Of a stretch of 24,442 nt of DNA, positions 1 through 7,464 are shown one piece after another; positions within the stretch are counted from its first letter, which is position 1; every line of letters starts with the position of its first letter. A program made the position numbers and the translations under genes. Source of the stretch: a virus. The stretch lies in UHGV virus genome UHGV-1686243; one strand, 5' to 3'. The notes below the pieces were generated by a model that saw only the letters and a program-made list of their open reading frames with translations, searched no databases and had not been told where the DNA came from.

Positions 1-1
1 C

Positions 2-1447
2 TTTGTTGTTAATGGAAACTGGACAGCGTGGAGTCAGGTTGTTGTTTCCGGATGGGGTCAGGATGTAAGTGTTAAGTCTCTTAGTGCCGTGGCTCTTAGT
101 GGATCTTTGACAGGTAATGCATCCACCGCCACAAAACTGCAAACAGCACGCACAATCGGCGGAGTGTCGTTCGATGGTAGTGCCAATATCGACCTGCCGG
201 GCGTGAATAAAGCAGGTAATCAGAGCACTACCGGCAATGCTGCAACCGCTACGAAACTGCAAACAGCACGCACAATAGGTGGAGTGTCATTCGATGGTAG
301 TGCCAATATCGACCTGCCTGGCGTGAATAAAGCAGGTAATCAGAGCACTACCGGCAATGCTGCAACTGCAACAAAACTGCAAACAGCACGCACAATAGGC
401 GGAGTGTCATTCGATGGTAGTGCCAATATCGACCTGCCGGGCGTGAATAAAGCAGGTAATCAGAGCACTACCGGTAATGCCGCAACCGCAACGAAACTAC
501 AGACTACACGCACAATCGGCGGCGTGTCGTTCGATGGTAGTGCCAATATCGACCTGCCTGGCGTGAATAAAGCAGGTAATCAGAGCACTACCGGCAATGC
601 TGCAACTGCAACAAAACTGCAAACAGCACGCACAATAGGCGGAGTGTCATTCGATGGTAGTGCCAATATCGACCTGCCGGGCGTGAATAAAGCAGGTAAT
701 CAGAGCACTACCGGCAATGCTGCAACCGCAACGAAACTACAGACTGCACGCACTATCAACGGTGTTAAGTTTGATGGTTCTGCAAATATTACTTTAACTG
801 CTGCTAACCTTGGCCTGAGCGATTCAAGCGGATATGTTGGGCGTTTGGTGAATACCCTGGTTTTCACGTCATCAGGTACGTACACCCCGACGCCAGGAAT
901 AAAACGGATCAGGGTCACAATAACGGGCGGCGGTGGCGGAGGGGGCGGCTGCAAGGCTATATCCAATAATGAAACGTTTTTCGGTGCTGGCGGTGGGGCC
1001 GGTGGAACAATAATTTCAATAATGACCCCGACACAGAATAGTTATCCAGTCACTATCGGCGCAGGTGGGGCCGGTGGTGTTGGTGCGACGAACGGCACCA
1101 GTGGCGGGAATAGCGTATTCGCATCGTTAATTGCTCCTGGTGGCTCAGGCGGCGGAAAGTCAGGAGTCACAAACACAAACGGTGGTAACGGCGGTGTGCC
1201 GAGTACTGGCGATATCCGCATCACTGGTGGACATGGAGGCGACGGTCAGTCCGGAAATATCGGCGTCAGCGGTGAAGGCGGAACATCGTACTGGGGCGGC
1301 GGTGGACGTGCAGGCGCTGGCGGTGGTGTTATCGGTAAAGCATATGGTTCAGGCGGAGGTGGCGCATACGATGCCGGTTATAGCGGAACCAGTATGACGG
1401 GCGGGAAAGGCGCTTCAGGGATTTGTATTATCGAGGAGTTTGCATAA
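2..1447 (+). CDS. tail-fibre protein, 5'-truncated by the window edge (40-aa tandem repeats plus Gly-rich distal domain)
   Basis: The frame is open from nt 2 (no stop) to TAA at 1445-1447, so the gene starts upstream of the window. It has five and a half copies of ...TATKLQTARTIGGVSFDGSANIDLPGVNKAGNQST..., which resembles the phage tail-fibre repeat motif, followed by a GGGxGG-rich C-terminal region. A Tfa-type chaperone gene follows immediately. Confidence 0.8.
   Translation, partial: FVVNGNWTAWSQVVVSGWGQDVSVKSLSAVALSGSLTGNASTATKLQTARTIGGVSFDGSANIDLPGVNKAGNQSTTGNAATATKLQTARTIGGVSFDGSANIDLPGVNKAGNQSTTGNAATATKLQTARTIGGVSFDGSANIDLPGVNKAGNQSTTGNAATATKLQTTRTIGGVSFDGSANIDLPGVNKAGNQSTTGNAATATKLQTARTIGGVSFDGSANIDLPGVNKAGNQSTTGNAATATKLQTARTINGVKFDGSANITLTAANLGLSDSSGYVGRLVNTLVFTSSGTYTPTPGIKRIRVTITGGGGGGGGCKAISNNETFFGAGGGAGGTIISIMTPTQNSYPVTIGAGGAGGVGATNGTSGGNSVFASLIAPGGSGGGKSGVTNTNGGNGGVPSTGDIRITGGHGGDGQSGNIGVSGEGGTSYWGGGGRAGAGGGVIGKAYGSGGGGAYDAGYSGTSMTGGKGASGICIIEEFA
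113..790 (+). repeat. in-frame tandem array of five near-identical 120-bp units plus a diverged partial sixth
   Basis: Units start at 113, 233, 353, 473 and 593; the copy at 713 diverges after about 40 bp. Units differ at only a few positions, visible directly in the sequence. Confidence 0.9.
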
Positions 1448-1857
1448 TGAATACGTCATATGCAGTTATTGAAAATGGGATGGTTGTGAATGTCATTGTC
1501 TGGGATGGCGAGGCTGAATTCACAGTGCCGGATAATCAGCAGCTCATTAATATTTCTGATATCAGTGAGCAGCCCGGAATCGGCTGGGTGTATTCAGACG
1601 GGGGATTTACTGCACCACCCACTCCGGAACGTTCTCATGATGAACTGGTAGCTGACGCTGAACAGAAAAAACAGTCGCTGATTGATACCGCAATGGCTTC
1701 CATTAGTCTTATTCAACTGAAATTACAGGCCGGACGGAATCTTACGCAGGCTGAAACCACCCGTCTTAACGCTGTGTTGGATTATATCGATGCGGTGACC
1801 GCAACGGATACCAGCACTGCACCAGATGTCAATTGGCCAGCGTTCCCGGAGGCGTAG
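1447..1857 (+). CDS. tail-fibre assembly protein (Tfa / gpU-like chaperone)
   Basis: ATG at 1447 overlaps the fibre stop (TAATG). The protein is 136 aa. The C-terminus (...LNAVLDYIDAVTATDTSTAPDVNWPAFPEA) resembles the conserved end of P2 G / Mu U / lambda Tfa-type chaperones. Position directly after the fibre gene fits. Confidence 0.75.
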   Translation: MNTSYAVIENGMVVNVIVWDGEAEFTVPDNQQLINISDISEQPGIGWVYSDGGFTAPPTPERSHDELVADAEQKKQSLIDTAMASISLIQLKLQAGRNLTQAETTRLNAVLDYIDAVTATDTSTAPDVNWPAFPEA

Positions 1858-1864
1858 CCCATTA

Positions 1865-2148
1865 AAAAAATATCTGGAGCGCTGGAAGTAACGACTGGTT
1901 CCAGTGCATCCAGATAAGATGATTACTGTTCATGCTTCAAGAGCGAGCGCATACTGCATCCAGGCCAATCTAACTTTCATTCGACCAGAGTGTCACCTCT
2001 CAAAAGCATTTTTTAACTCTGGTCGTTCAGCTTTTTTGCCGCTCGCCTTATCCTCAAAAATTAGCTCACATCCTGCGCTTTCAAGGGCATTTCGTTGCAA
2101 AGCGGTGTTTTGGTCATTTGTTGATATGCGAATGTATCCAATAAGCAT
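1865..2148 (-). pseudogene. remnant of a Cin/Gin/Hin-family serine DNA invertase (frameshift, nonsense codon, internal and 3' deletions)
   Basis: Minus-strand ATG at 2148 gives MLIGYIRISTNDQNTALQRNALESAGCELIFEDKASGKKAERPELKNAFER-stop (stop at 1995-1993). This matches the invertase N-terminus as recalled for Gin (MLIGYVRVSTNDQNTDLQRNAL...), including the catalytic-Ser region. Further matches continue in the -1 frame (GDTLV, then KLD-W-PG-CSM with TGA where W is expected, then TSSAP-DIFLMG), and the remnant ends against the tfa stop. Confidence 0.75.
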
Positions 2149-2251
2149 ATGTCTCCCTTGTATGCTAAGGATACGATTCTAGAAGATGTCCTGTAAGGAA
2201 ATAACAAACTGACTAAGTTAGTGGCGCATTAGATGTTATTTCTGGAGGGGT

Positions 2252-2578
2252 ATGTTTGCAGATTATGAAAATCTGGCTGTAGTAGTCATAACATCCCTAC
2301 TAAGTGGAACCGGCGTATTCCTTCTCGGAGTCAGAGACGGGCGCATTTCTGCGTCCCTGCTCAATCTTGCGAGTGAATTGTTTACTGCGGTAACAGCCGG
2401 GCTTGCGGGGTATGGGGTGGCGGTTAGCCAAGAATGGCCTGAAGGTATCATTTTCTGCGTTGTTCTGATTGCCAGTAACAACGGAAGAGAAATTTTACAG
2501 GGCTTGAAGTCCAGAGCTAGTAACGTCTTGAATCTCTTAAGCGTAATAGCGAATGGGGGAAAAGGTGGAGAGAAATAA
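2252..2578 (+). CDS. holin-like small membrane protein (position and size of P1 LydA)
   Basis: RBS GGAGGGG sits 2 nt upstream of ATG 2252. The 108-aa protein has three hydrophobic segments and a charged C-terminus (...GGKGGEK). The next gene starts at its stop codon (TAATG). Confidence 0.5.
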   Translation: MFADYENLAVVVITSLLSGTGVFLLGVRDGRISASLLNLASELFTAVTAGLAGYGVAVSQEWPEGIIFCVVLIASNNGREILQGLKSRASNVLNLLSVIANGGKGGEK

Positions 2579-3024
2579 TGGGTAACTTTGGGAATTATTT
2601 CATTTTTATCATGGCATTTGTTGCCATCATTGACCGTTTCATTTTTCGTCGCAAGAGTGTTGAGATTTTGAGTATTGGTGACGCTGTAGTGAAAGAATCC
2701 GCTATAGCGTTTCCTGTTTCGCTACGTGTTAAGCGAAGCTGGGTCAGCAATGCTCAAATCGAATATTGGTTGCAAGACCTGAAAAATCCATCTGTGGTTA
2801 TTTCAGGGAAAACGCGACCAGTTGACGCCTCAAAACGCGGTGAGAGAGAAGAGTATTTGCTCATCGATACGAAATATCTTGAGCCAACGAAGTGGGATCT
2901 GAAAGTCACATTGACTAACGGTAACTGCCGACTGAATCCGCTTTATCGCATTTTCCCTATCAATGACTGCATAGAGCGCCAGTTTACGATCGAAAAGCGT
3001 GAAGGAGACTGGGATGTCAAATAA
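2578..3024 (+). CDS. N-terminally membrane-anchored lysis-accessory protein (LydB-like position, putative)
   Basis: ATG overlaps the upstream stop, with RBS GGTGGAG. The 148-aa protein has one N-terminal hydrophobic helix (NYFIFIMAFVAIIDRFIF). Function is inferred only from synteny with the holin-like gene. Confidence 0.35.
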   Translation: MGNFGNYFIFIMAFVAIIDRFIFRRKSVEILSIGDAVVKESAIAFPVSLRVKRSWVSNAQIEYWLQDLKNPSVVISGKTRPVDASKRGEREEYLLIDTKYLEPTKWDLKVTLTNGNCRLNPLYRIFPINDCIERQFTIEKREGDWDVK

Positions 3025-3634
3025 GAATAATTATGTTCTTCTTAATTATGATGAGTTAAACGAAAAGGGGCTGGCAAAACTCGTCAAAGAAATCAGCAAA
3101 GGTGGTTACAAGATAGCGAGGGTGATCCCTGCAAGTAATGGCAGGAAGAAAGATGGGATCATGACGCGCACGTTTACCCTTATTGGTCTTGATGAACAGA
3201 CAATGGAAGTTCAGGTTAACGATACCGGTGATATATCTGGGATCAAACTGAATGGTAAAACAGTGCCGTTCAAGCCAGTAAAAACAATGTCGGCTTTGGG
3301 GCAATCTCTTGCGGCTTTATTTAATCGCGGAGCAACTTCTTTCCAGAAGTCATTAGCTCGAAAACTTGCTCGTGCAGCAAAAAATATTGATGACGAAAAT
3401 AAGAAGCGGCAGGGAGTTAAATCCAACGCTCAGAGATTAGCTGAAGCGAAAGAATCACGTGATGCACTCCGTGAAGATATCGCTAATGCTAACGACAAAC
3501 TGTCTAAACTCCAGAGCAAGTCAGACAAAGTAATGCAAGATACGGGTAACGTTAAAGCTGCCTTGTCTCAGGAAGTAGCTAAGACACGTGCTCTTAAAGA
3601 AGAAATCGCGCGCCTGGAGGATGAGCATGATTAA
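3014..3634 (+). CDS. Hdf-like protein (shorter paralog of the downstream DarA-like protein)
   Basis: RBS GGAG is 6 nt before ATG 3014. The 206-aa protein has a block ...MSALGQSLAALFNRGATSFQKSLARKL... and a K/E-rich coiled coil that parallel ...LSQVCQALSNLIERNSEKFKKAKERQD... and the coiled coil in the next ORF. Confidence 0.5.
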   Translation: MSNKNNYVLLNYDELNEKGLAKLVKEISKGGYKIARVIPASNGRKKDGIMTRTFTLIGLDEQTMEVQVNDTGDISGIKLNGKTVPFKPVKTMSALGQSLAALFNRGATSFQKSLARKLARAAKNIDDENKKRQGVKSNAQRLAEAKESRDALREDIANANDKLSKLQSKSDKVMQDTGNVKAALSQEVAKTRALKEEIARLEDEHD

Positions 3635-5552
3635 CAATCCTTTACGAATTAATATTCAGTCTACTTTTGCTGATACGATCCCCGGCTATATGCCAGGTCG
3701 CTGGTCTTCAGAAGAATTAAGCGAAGATGACCTGATTTTTGAGGCGGCGACCTTAGAAGATATTGAGCTTGCCTATATGGGCAATGAAATTCTGGTTGTG
3801 TCTGACGAAGCTATGTTTGAGTCCATAACTACAACCAGAATTCGGTTAGCTCAAACAATGCGAGCTTTCGTCCGTGCGCTGAATCGTGGCCTGAATGGTA
3901 CGAATATTATGGCAGGGACTGATGAAGCCGGGACCGATGAAAATGGACGTAATTGTATTGGTGGTGCGATTATCGGTCGTGTACGTCGGGTAGCTAATAT
4001 CCCTGTTTTGACCGCGCAGATACCGCTTACTGACGGGCAGAGTACAAGCATAATTTTCCACTCTCCAACAGCTGACGGGGCAAAAATAAAGAGTAACGAC
4101 GAGCTTGTTGCATTTCAGTTTTTACTTAATAAGCGTAACGTAACTCACGTTGTCGCCCCGATTGGTGGGAGAGATGTTTCTTTAAGCCAGGTATGCCAGG
4201 CGCTATCTAATTTGATTGAGCGTAACAGCGAAAAATTTAAGAAAGCAAAAGAGCGCCAGGACAAAATGAAGGCAGATATTGAGAGTTATCTCAATGAAGC
4301 AGATAAACTGGCAGAAGAACGGTCAATAACAATTGATCAGGTGGACGTTGCGCAACGTGGGCTGACTGAAAAGCGTGCTGCTCTTACGGAGATGCAAAAA
4401 AAACTTGATGCCCAGAAAGCCATCAACGAGGAATTACAAGAAAAACGCGATAAATTGTTGTCTGCTAAAGGTAAAAAAACGAAGGAGCGAGCGTTTAGTG
4501 ACCAGCTGCGACATGTAAAACATAATCTTGCCATTGACGGAAAAACAGTGCTGGATAATGGCGCTGAAGTTAATTATATCACGTCCGGCAGTGACAATTT
4601 CGTTACGATAGTAGCACCTGAAGGTAAATTCAGTATTGATGCCAGTGCTGTCAAAGGAGGCAGTTTGGCAGATGCTGCAACCAAATTACTTAAAGCCTAC
4701 CGAGAGCATAACGCAGATAAATATAAAGTTGATGTGTTACCAGGCCAGCAGGAAGACTCCGAACCACCACAGACAGCCCCCGAGACGAACCCAGTATCAC
4801 AACCAGAGAGCCAGGATGTAGGTAAATACCACTATGCACTTCAATCTCGCCCGGCTGGTGTTGGTGCTGTGCCGGATGGGAATAAAGCCGTGCTTGATCG
4901 TCCTGACCAGGCTGATCAGTATTACGAATATGCTCGTCACGGTATCATTACGTATGACCGTAAACTGACAGATGAAGAAGTCAGCCAGTACGAGTTGCTC
5001 TATCTTCCTGATGAAGATGAGCTGAAAGATTTTGCAGGCCAATTGGTTGTGTCCAGCATGTCGAAACATATTGATGGCTATGTAGACCTGTTTGGCAGTG
5101 ACCTGAAAACATTCAAGGCGCAAGTGAAAATTCTTTTCCGCAAAGCGTTTCCAAACGTGGCGTATCCACTTGGTGATGGGGAGAACCTTTTCATTATGGA
5201 CGTGTATAACGCCCTTCAAAATCATTCAAGCGAAGTAAAAACAGAGCATGTGGTTGAGCCGGAATCACAACCACAACCAGCACCAGAACAGGAGCCGGAG
5301 CCAGAAGAAGCTGGTGAATCAGCAAGTGAAGCTGATCAGGAGGCAGATAAAGCACTGGAGTACCTGAAATCCGTGCCGGAGCAGTTTACATCCCGCGATC
5401 TGACGGTCATCAGTGCTGAACTTGATCATGTGCAGGAAGCAGCAAACGCTCTAATCAGTGCAGGTCGATACGACGAGAACGAAGCCACTGTTGGTGCAGC
5501 AGTTGACTACCTGATCAACATTCTGGCTGAAATTCAGCAGGGAGGTGCTTGA
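3627..5552 (+). CDS. DarA-like capsid-internal protein (putative anti-restriction component)
   Basis: ATG 3627 lies 6 nt after GGAGG; ATG 3621 is an alternative start. The 641-aa protein has a central coiled coil and acidic Pro/Glu-rich linkers (EPESQPQPAPEQEPEPEE). It shows paralogy to the upstream ORF, and its size and position match recalled P1 DarA. Confidence 0.45.
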   Translation: MINNPLRINIQSTFADTIPGYMPGRWSSEELSEDDLIFEAATLEDIELAYMGNEILVVSDEAMFESITTTRIRLAQTMRAFVRALNRGLNGTNIMAGTDEAGTDENGRNCIGGAIIGRVRRVANIPVLTAQIPLTDGQSTSIIFHSPTADGAKIKSNDELVAFQFLLNKRNVTHVVAPIGGRDVSLSQVCQALSNLIERNSEKFKKAKERQDKMKADIESYLNEADKLAEERSITIDQVDVAQRGLTEKRAALTEMQKKLDAQKAINEELQEKRDKLLSAKGKKTKERAFSDQLRHVKHNLAIDGKTVLDNGAEVNYITSGSDNFVTIVAPEGKFSIDASAVKGGSLADAATKLLKAYREHNADKYKVDVLPGQQEDSEPPQTAPETNPVSQPESQDVGKYHYALQSRPAGVGAVPDGNKAVLDRPDQADQYYEYARHGIITYDRKLTDEEVSQYELLYLPDEDELKDFAGQLVVSSMSKHIDGYVDLFGSDLKTFKAQVKILFRKAFPNVAYPLGDGENLFIMDVYNALQNHSSEVKTEHVVEPESQPQPAPEQEPEPEEAGESASEADQEADKALEYLKSVPEQFTSRDLTVISAELDHVQEAANALISAGRYDENEATVGAAVDYLINILAEIQQGGA

Positions 5553-5920
5553 TGACCATCTCTGTTTTAGACCGCCTGAAATTAGGTAAAGAGCTATCAG
5601 ATCTAATGCAGGCGCAGAAAACTGCGCCAGTATTGCAACGCGTCACCATTGGTAAGCAGATTGTTGATGTGATGCTGAAATTGGGCCTGGGGACTGCCGC
5701 GCAACCGGCAGCGGAACCGCAACAACAGACTGATCCTGTTGTAGATGAAGTCCCTAAGATAGTGACTGACTTCCTGGGCGGTGTCTTCACAAAGTCCACA
5801 CAAATGGAATTTATTGATGCGCTGCGTGGGATCTCAAACTATGTTGGCGAGTTCCTTACGTTGGAGCAGGCTAAAGAGCAGACCATAAGCTGGGTGAAAG
5901 CTAACGGTTATGCCGGGTAA
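5552..5920 (+). CDS. small hypothetical protein (occupies the DdrA-like position)
   Basis: ATG overlaps the upstream stop (TGATG), with GGAGG 6 nt upstream. The protein is 122 aa with no recognisable motif. Confidence 0.4.
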   Translation: MTISVLDRLKLGKELSDLMQAQKTAPVLQRVTIGKQIVDVMLKLGLGTAAQPAAEPQQQTDPVVDEVPKIVTDFLGGVFTKSTQMEFIDALRGISNYVGEFLTLEQAKEQTISWVKANGYAG

Positions 5921-5923
5921 TCA

Positions 5924-5945
5924 AAAGGGGCTGAAATGCCCCTTT
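5924..5945 (+). terminator. hairpin after the small ORF (weak intrinsic terminator or RNA-stability element)
   Basis: AAAGGGGC-tgaaat-GCCCCTTT forms an 8-bp stem, but the following T-tract is short (TTTC). Confidence 0.3.
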
Positions 5946-6014
5946 CACTTATCTGTTCTCACATAAATCACACACTTTTTACACTCACAGCTTTCTCTAT
6001 AGTTGGAGTGTATT

Positions 6015-7400
6015 TTGAACAAATCAGTTACTTCTGCGCTTTCCGGGGCCGCAGATATTAACAGCGTCATTGCTCTGGTTTCTTCATTAGAGAGGAAAGA
6101 AACACGCCTGGGGCGAAGTAGCTACGTAGTCACCAGCAAAGGTGCAGAGGTAAAGACGGCTTTTAAGGTCGTTGATGCCAGCAGTCTGATCATTTCGAAC
6201 AACCTTGACGGTACGATTAACCCGGCCTTCCCGGAAGAACTCCAACCACGAGATCGTACCCGGTTATCCAGCAAACTCCAGGTTAACCGTATTGCCTCCA
6301 ATTTACGCCCGGCACAATTAACGGATTCCGGTATGAGCAGCCACGGAGCGCCGATAGTTGGTCCGGACAACGTTGTTGAATCCGGCAACGGAAGGAGTAT
6401 GGGTATCTGGCGTGCCTATGAGCAAGGACAGGCGGATGAGTATCGCCAGTACCTGATCGACCATGCGAAAGAGTTTGGTCTGAATCCTGACGAAATTTCG
6501 CAAATGTCTATGCCCGTACTGGTGCGAGAAAGACTCACAGATGTAGACCGCGCTCAATTTGCCCGCGATTCAAACATTAGCGATCTGCAAGAGATGGCAG
6601 CAAGTGAAAAAGCGTATGCGGATGCGCAATTTCTCACTGAGAGCGTCATGGCGCTATTTAATCCTTCAGATGATGGAAATCTGCTGGCGCGGTCCAATGA
6701 TGCGTTTATTCGTGCGTTTTTGCGCGAAATTGGCGATACAGCGACAGCAGGCTTGCTTACTGCCGATGGGCGTCCCACGAAACAGCTTATCGATCGCATC
6801 CAGAATGCAATTTTTGCCAAAGCGTACAAGGATGAAAGGCTTGTTCGGCTGGTGTCGGAAGAGCCAGATCCGGAAATGCGTAATATCCTGACCGCATTAA
6901 ATACGGCAGCCAGCGATTTTGCGCAAATGCAGTCGCTGTCTGGCGACGCTCACCATGACGCAGTAACAGGCTTAGTGGACGGTATAGAGCAGGTTAATGG
7001 CCTGGATACACAGGCGATAGCAGCACTCCAGGAAGCAATTAATCTTGTACGTGAAGCCAAAGACAACGGTCAGGCCGTTGAAGAAGTGATCGCCCAAAGG
7101 GGGTTATTCGGCGACAGTACACCGGAAGCTGAGGCATTGGCGTTATTCATCGTAGCAAATAATCGCAGTGCGAAGCGTATGGGGGCAGCATTCAAAAAAA
7201 TGGCGCAAAAAATCAACGACGAGCTGACTCATAAACAACAGGCATTGGGCGATATGTTCGGCGGTGGCGATGTTGATCTGCGTCGTATTTTGTCTGCTGT
7301 ATCTGATGAAATTGAGGGTGAATTTGGCGAAGGGAAAGGTCTGAACTTTGCTATGTTTGAAAATTCTACAGATCTAAATAATTGCCGTACGGAAAACTAA
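6015..7400 (+). CDS. ParB/Srx-fold domain protein (possible DdrB-type virion protein)
   Basis: Start is uncertain: TTG 6015 has GGAG 7 nt upstream, TTG 6003 has none. The N-terminal region ...RLSSKLQVNRIASNLRPAQLTDSGMSSHGAPIVGPDNVVESGNGRSMGIWRAY... fits the ParB-nuclease pattern (S..G.PI.V...vv.G.hR..A). Confidence 0.4.
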   Translation: MNKSVTSALSGAADINSVIALVSSLERKETRLGRSSYVVTSKGAEVKTAFKVVDASSLIISNNLDGTINPAFPEELQPRDRTRLSSKLQVNRIASNLRPAQLTDSGMSSHGAPIVGPDNVVESGNGRSMGIWRAYEQGQADEYRQYLIDHAKEFGLNPDEISQMSMPVLVRERLTDVDRAQFARDSNISDLQEMAASEKAYADAQFLTESVMALFNPSDDGNLLARSNDAFIRAFLREIGDTATAGLLTADGRPTKQLIDRIQNAIFAKAYKDERLVRLVSEEPDPEMRNILTALNTAASDFAQMQSLSGDAHHDAVTGLVDGIEQVNGLDTQAIAALQEAINLVREAKDNGQAVEEVIAQRGLFGDSTPEAEALALFIVANNRSAKRMGAAFKKMAQKINDELTHKQQALGDMFGGGDVDLRRILSAVSDEIEGEFGEGKGLNFAMFENSTDLNNCRTEN

Positions 7401-7464
7401 ACCAACCGCTGAAATCACATACTGATTATGCTGCCGCAAAACTGGAAACAATTTGCGGTGATTC

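Noticed and set aside
113-790. CRISPR array as an explanation for the regular 120-bp repeats
   Set aside because: The units are directly tandem with no spacers, are in frame within a tail-fibre ORF and encode a known fibre repeat.
700-1397. Three ORFs (700-966 minus, 1042-1224 minus, 1131-1397 plus) inside the tail-fibre gene
   Set aside because: They are alternative-frame or antisense readings of the Gly/Pro-rich tail-fibre coding sequence, fully contained in a better-supported CDS.
1904-2182. Plus-strand ORF (92 aa) between tfa and the holin-like gene
   Set aside because: No RBS and Cys/Ser/Phe-rich low-complexity translation. The opposite strand of the same DNA encodes a recognisable invertase N-terminus, so this is a shadow frame over a pseudogene.
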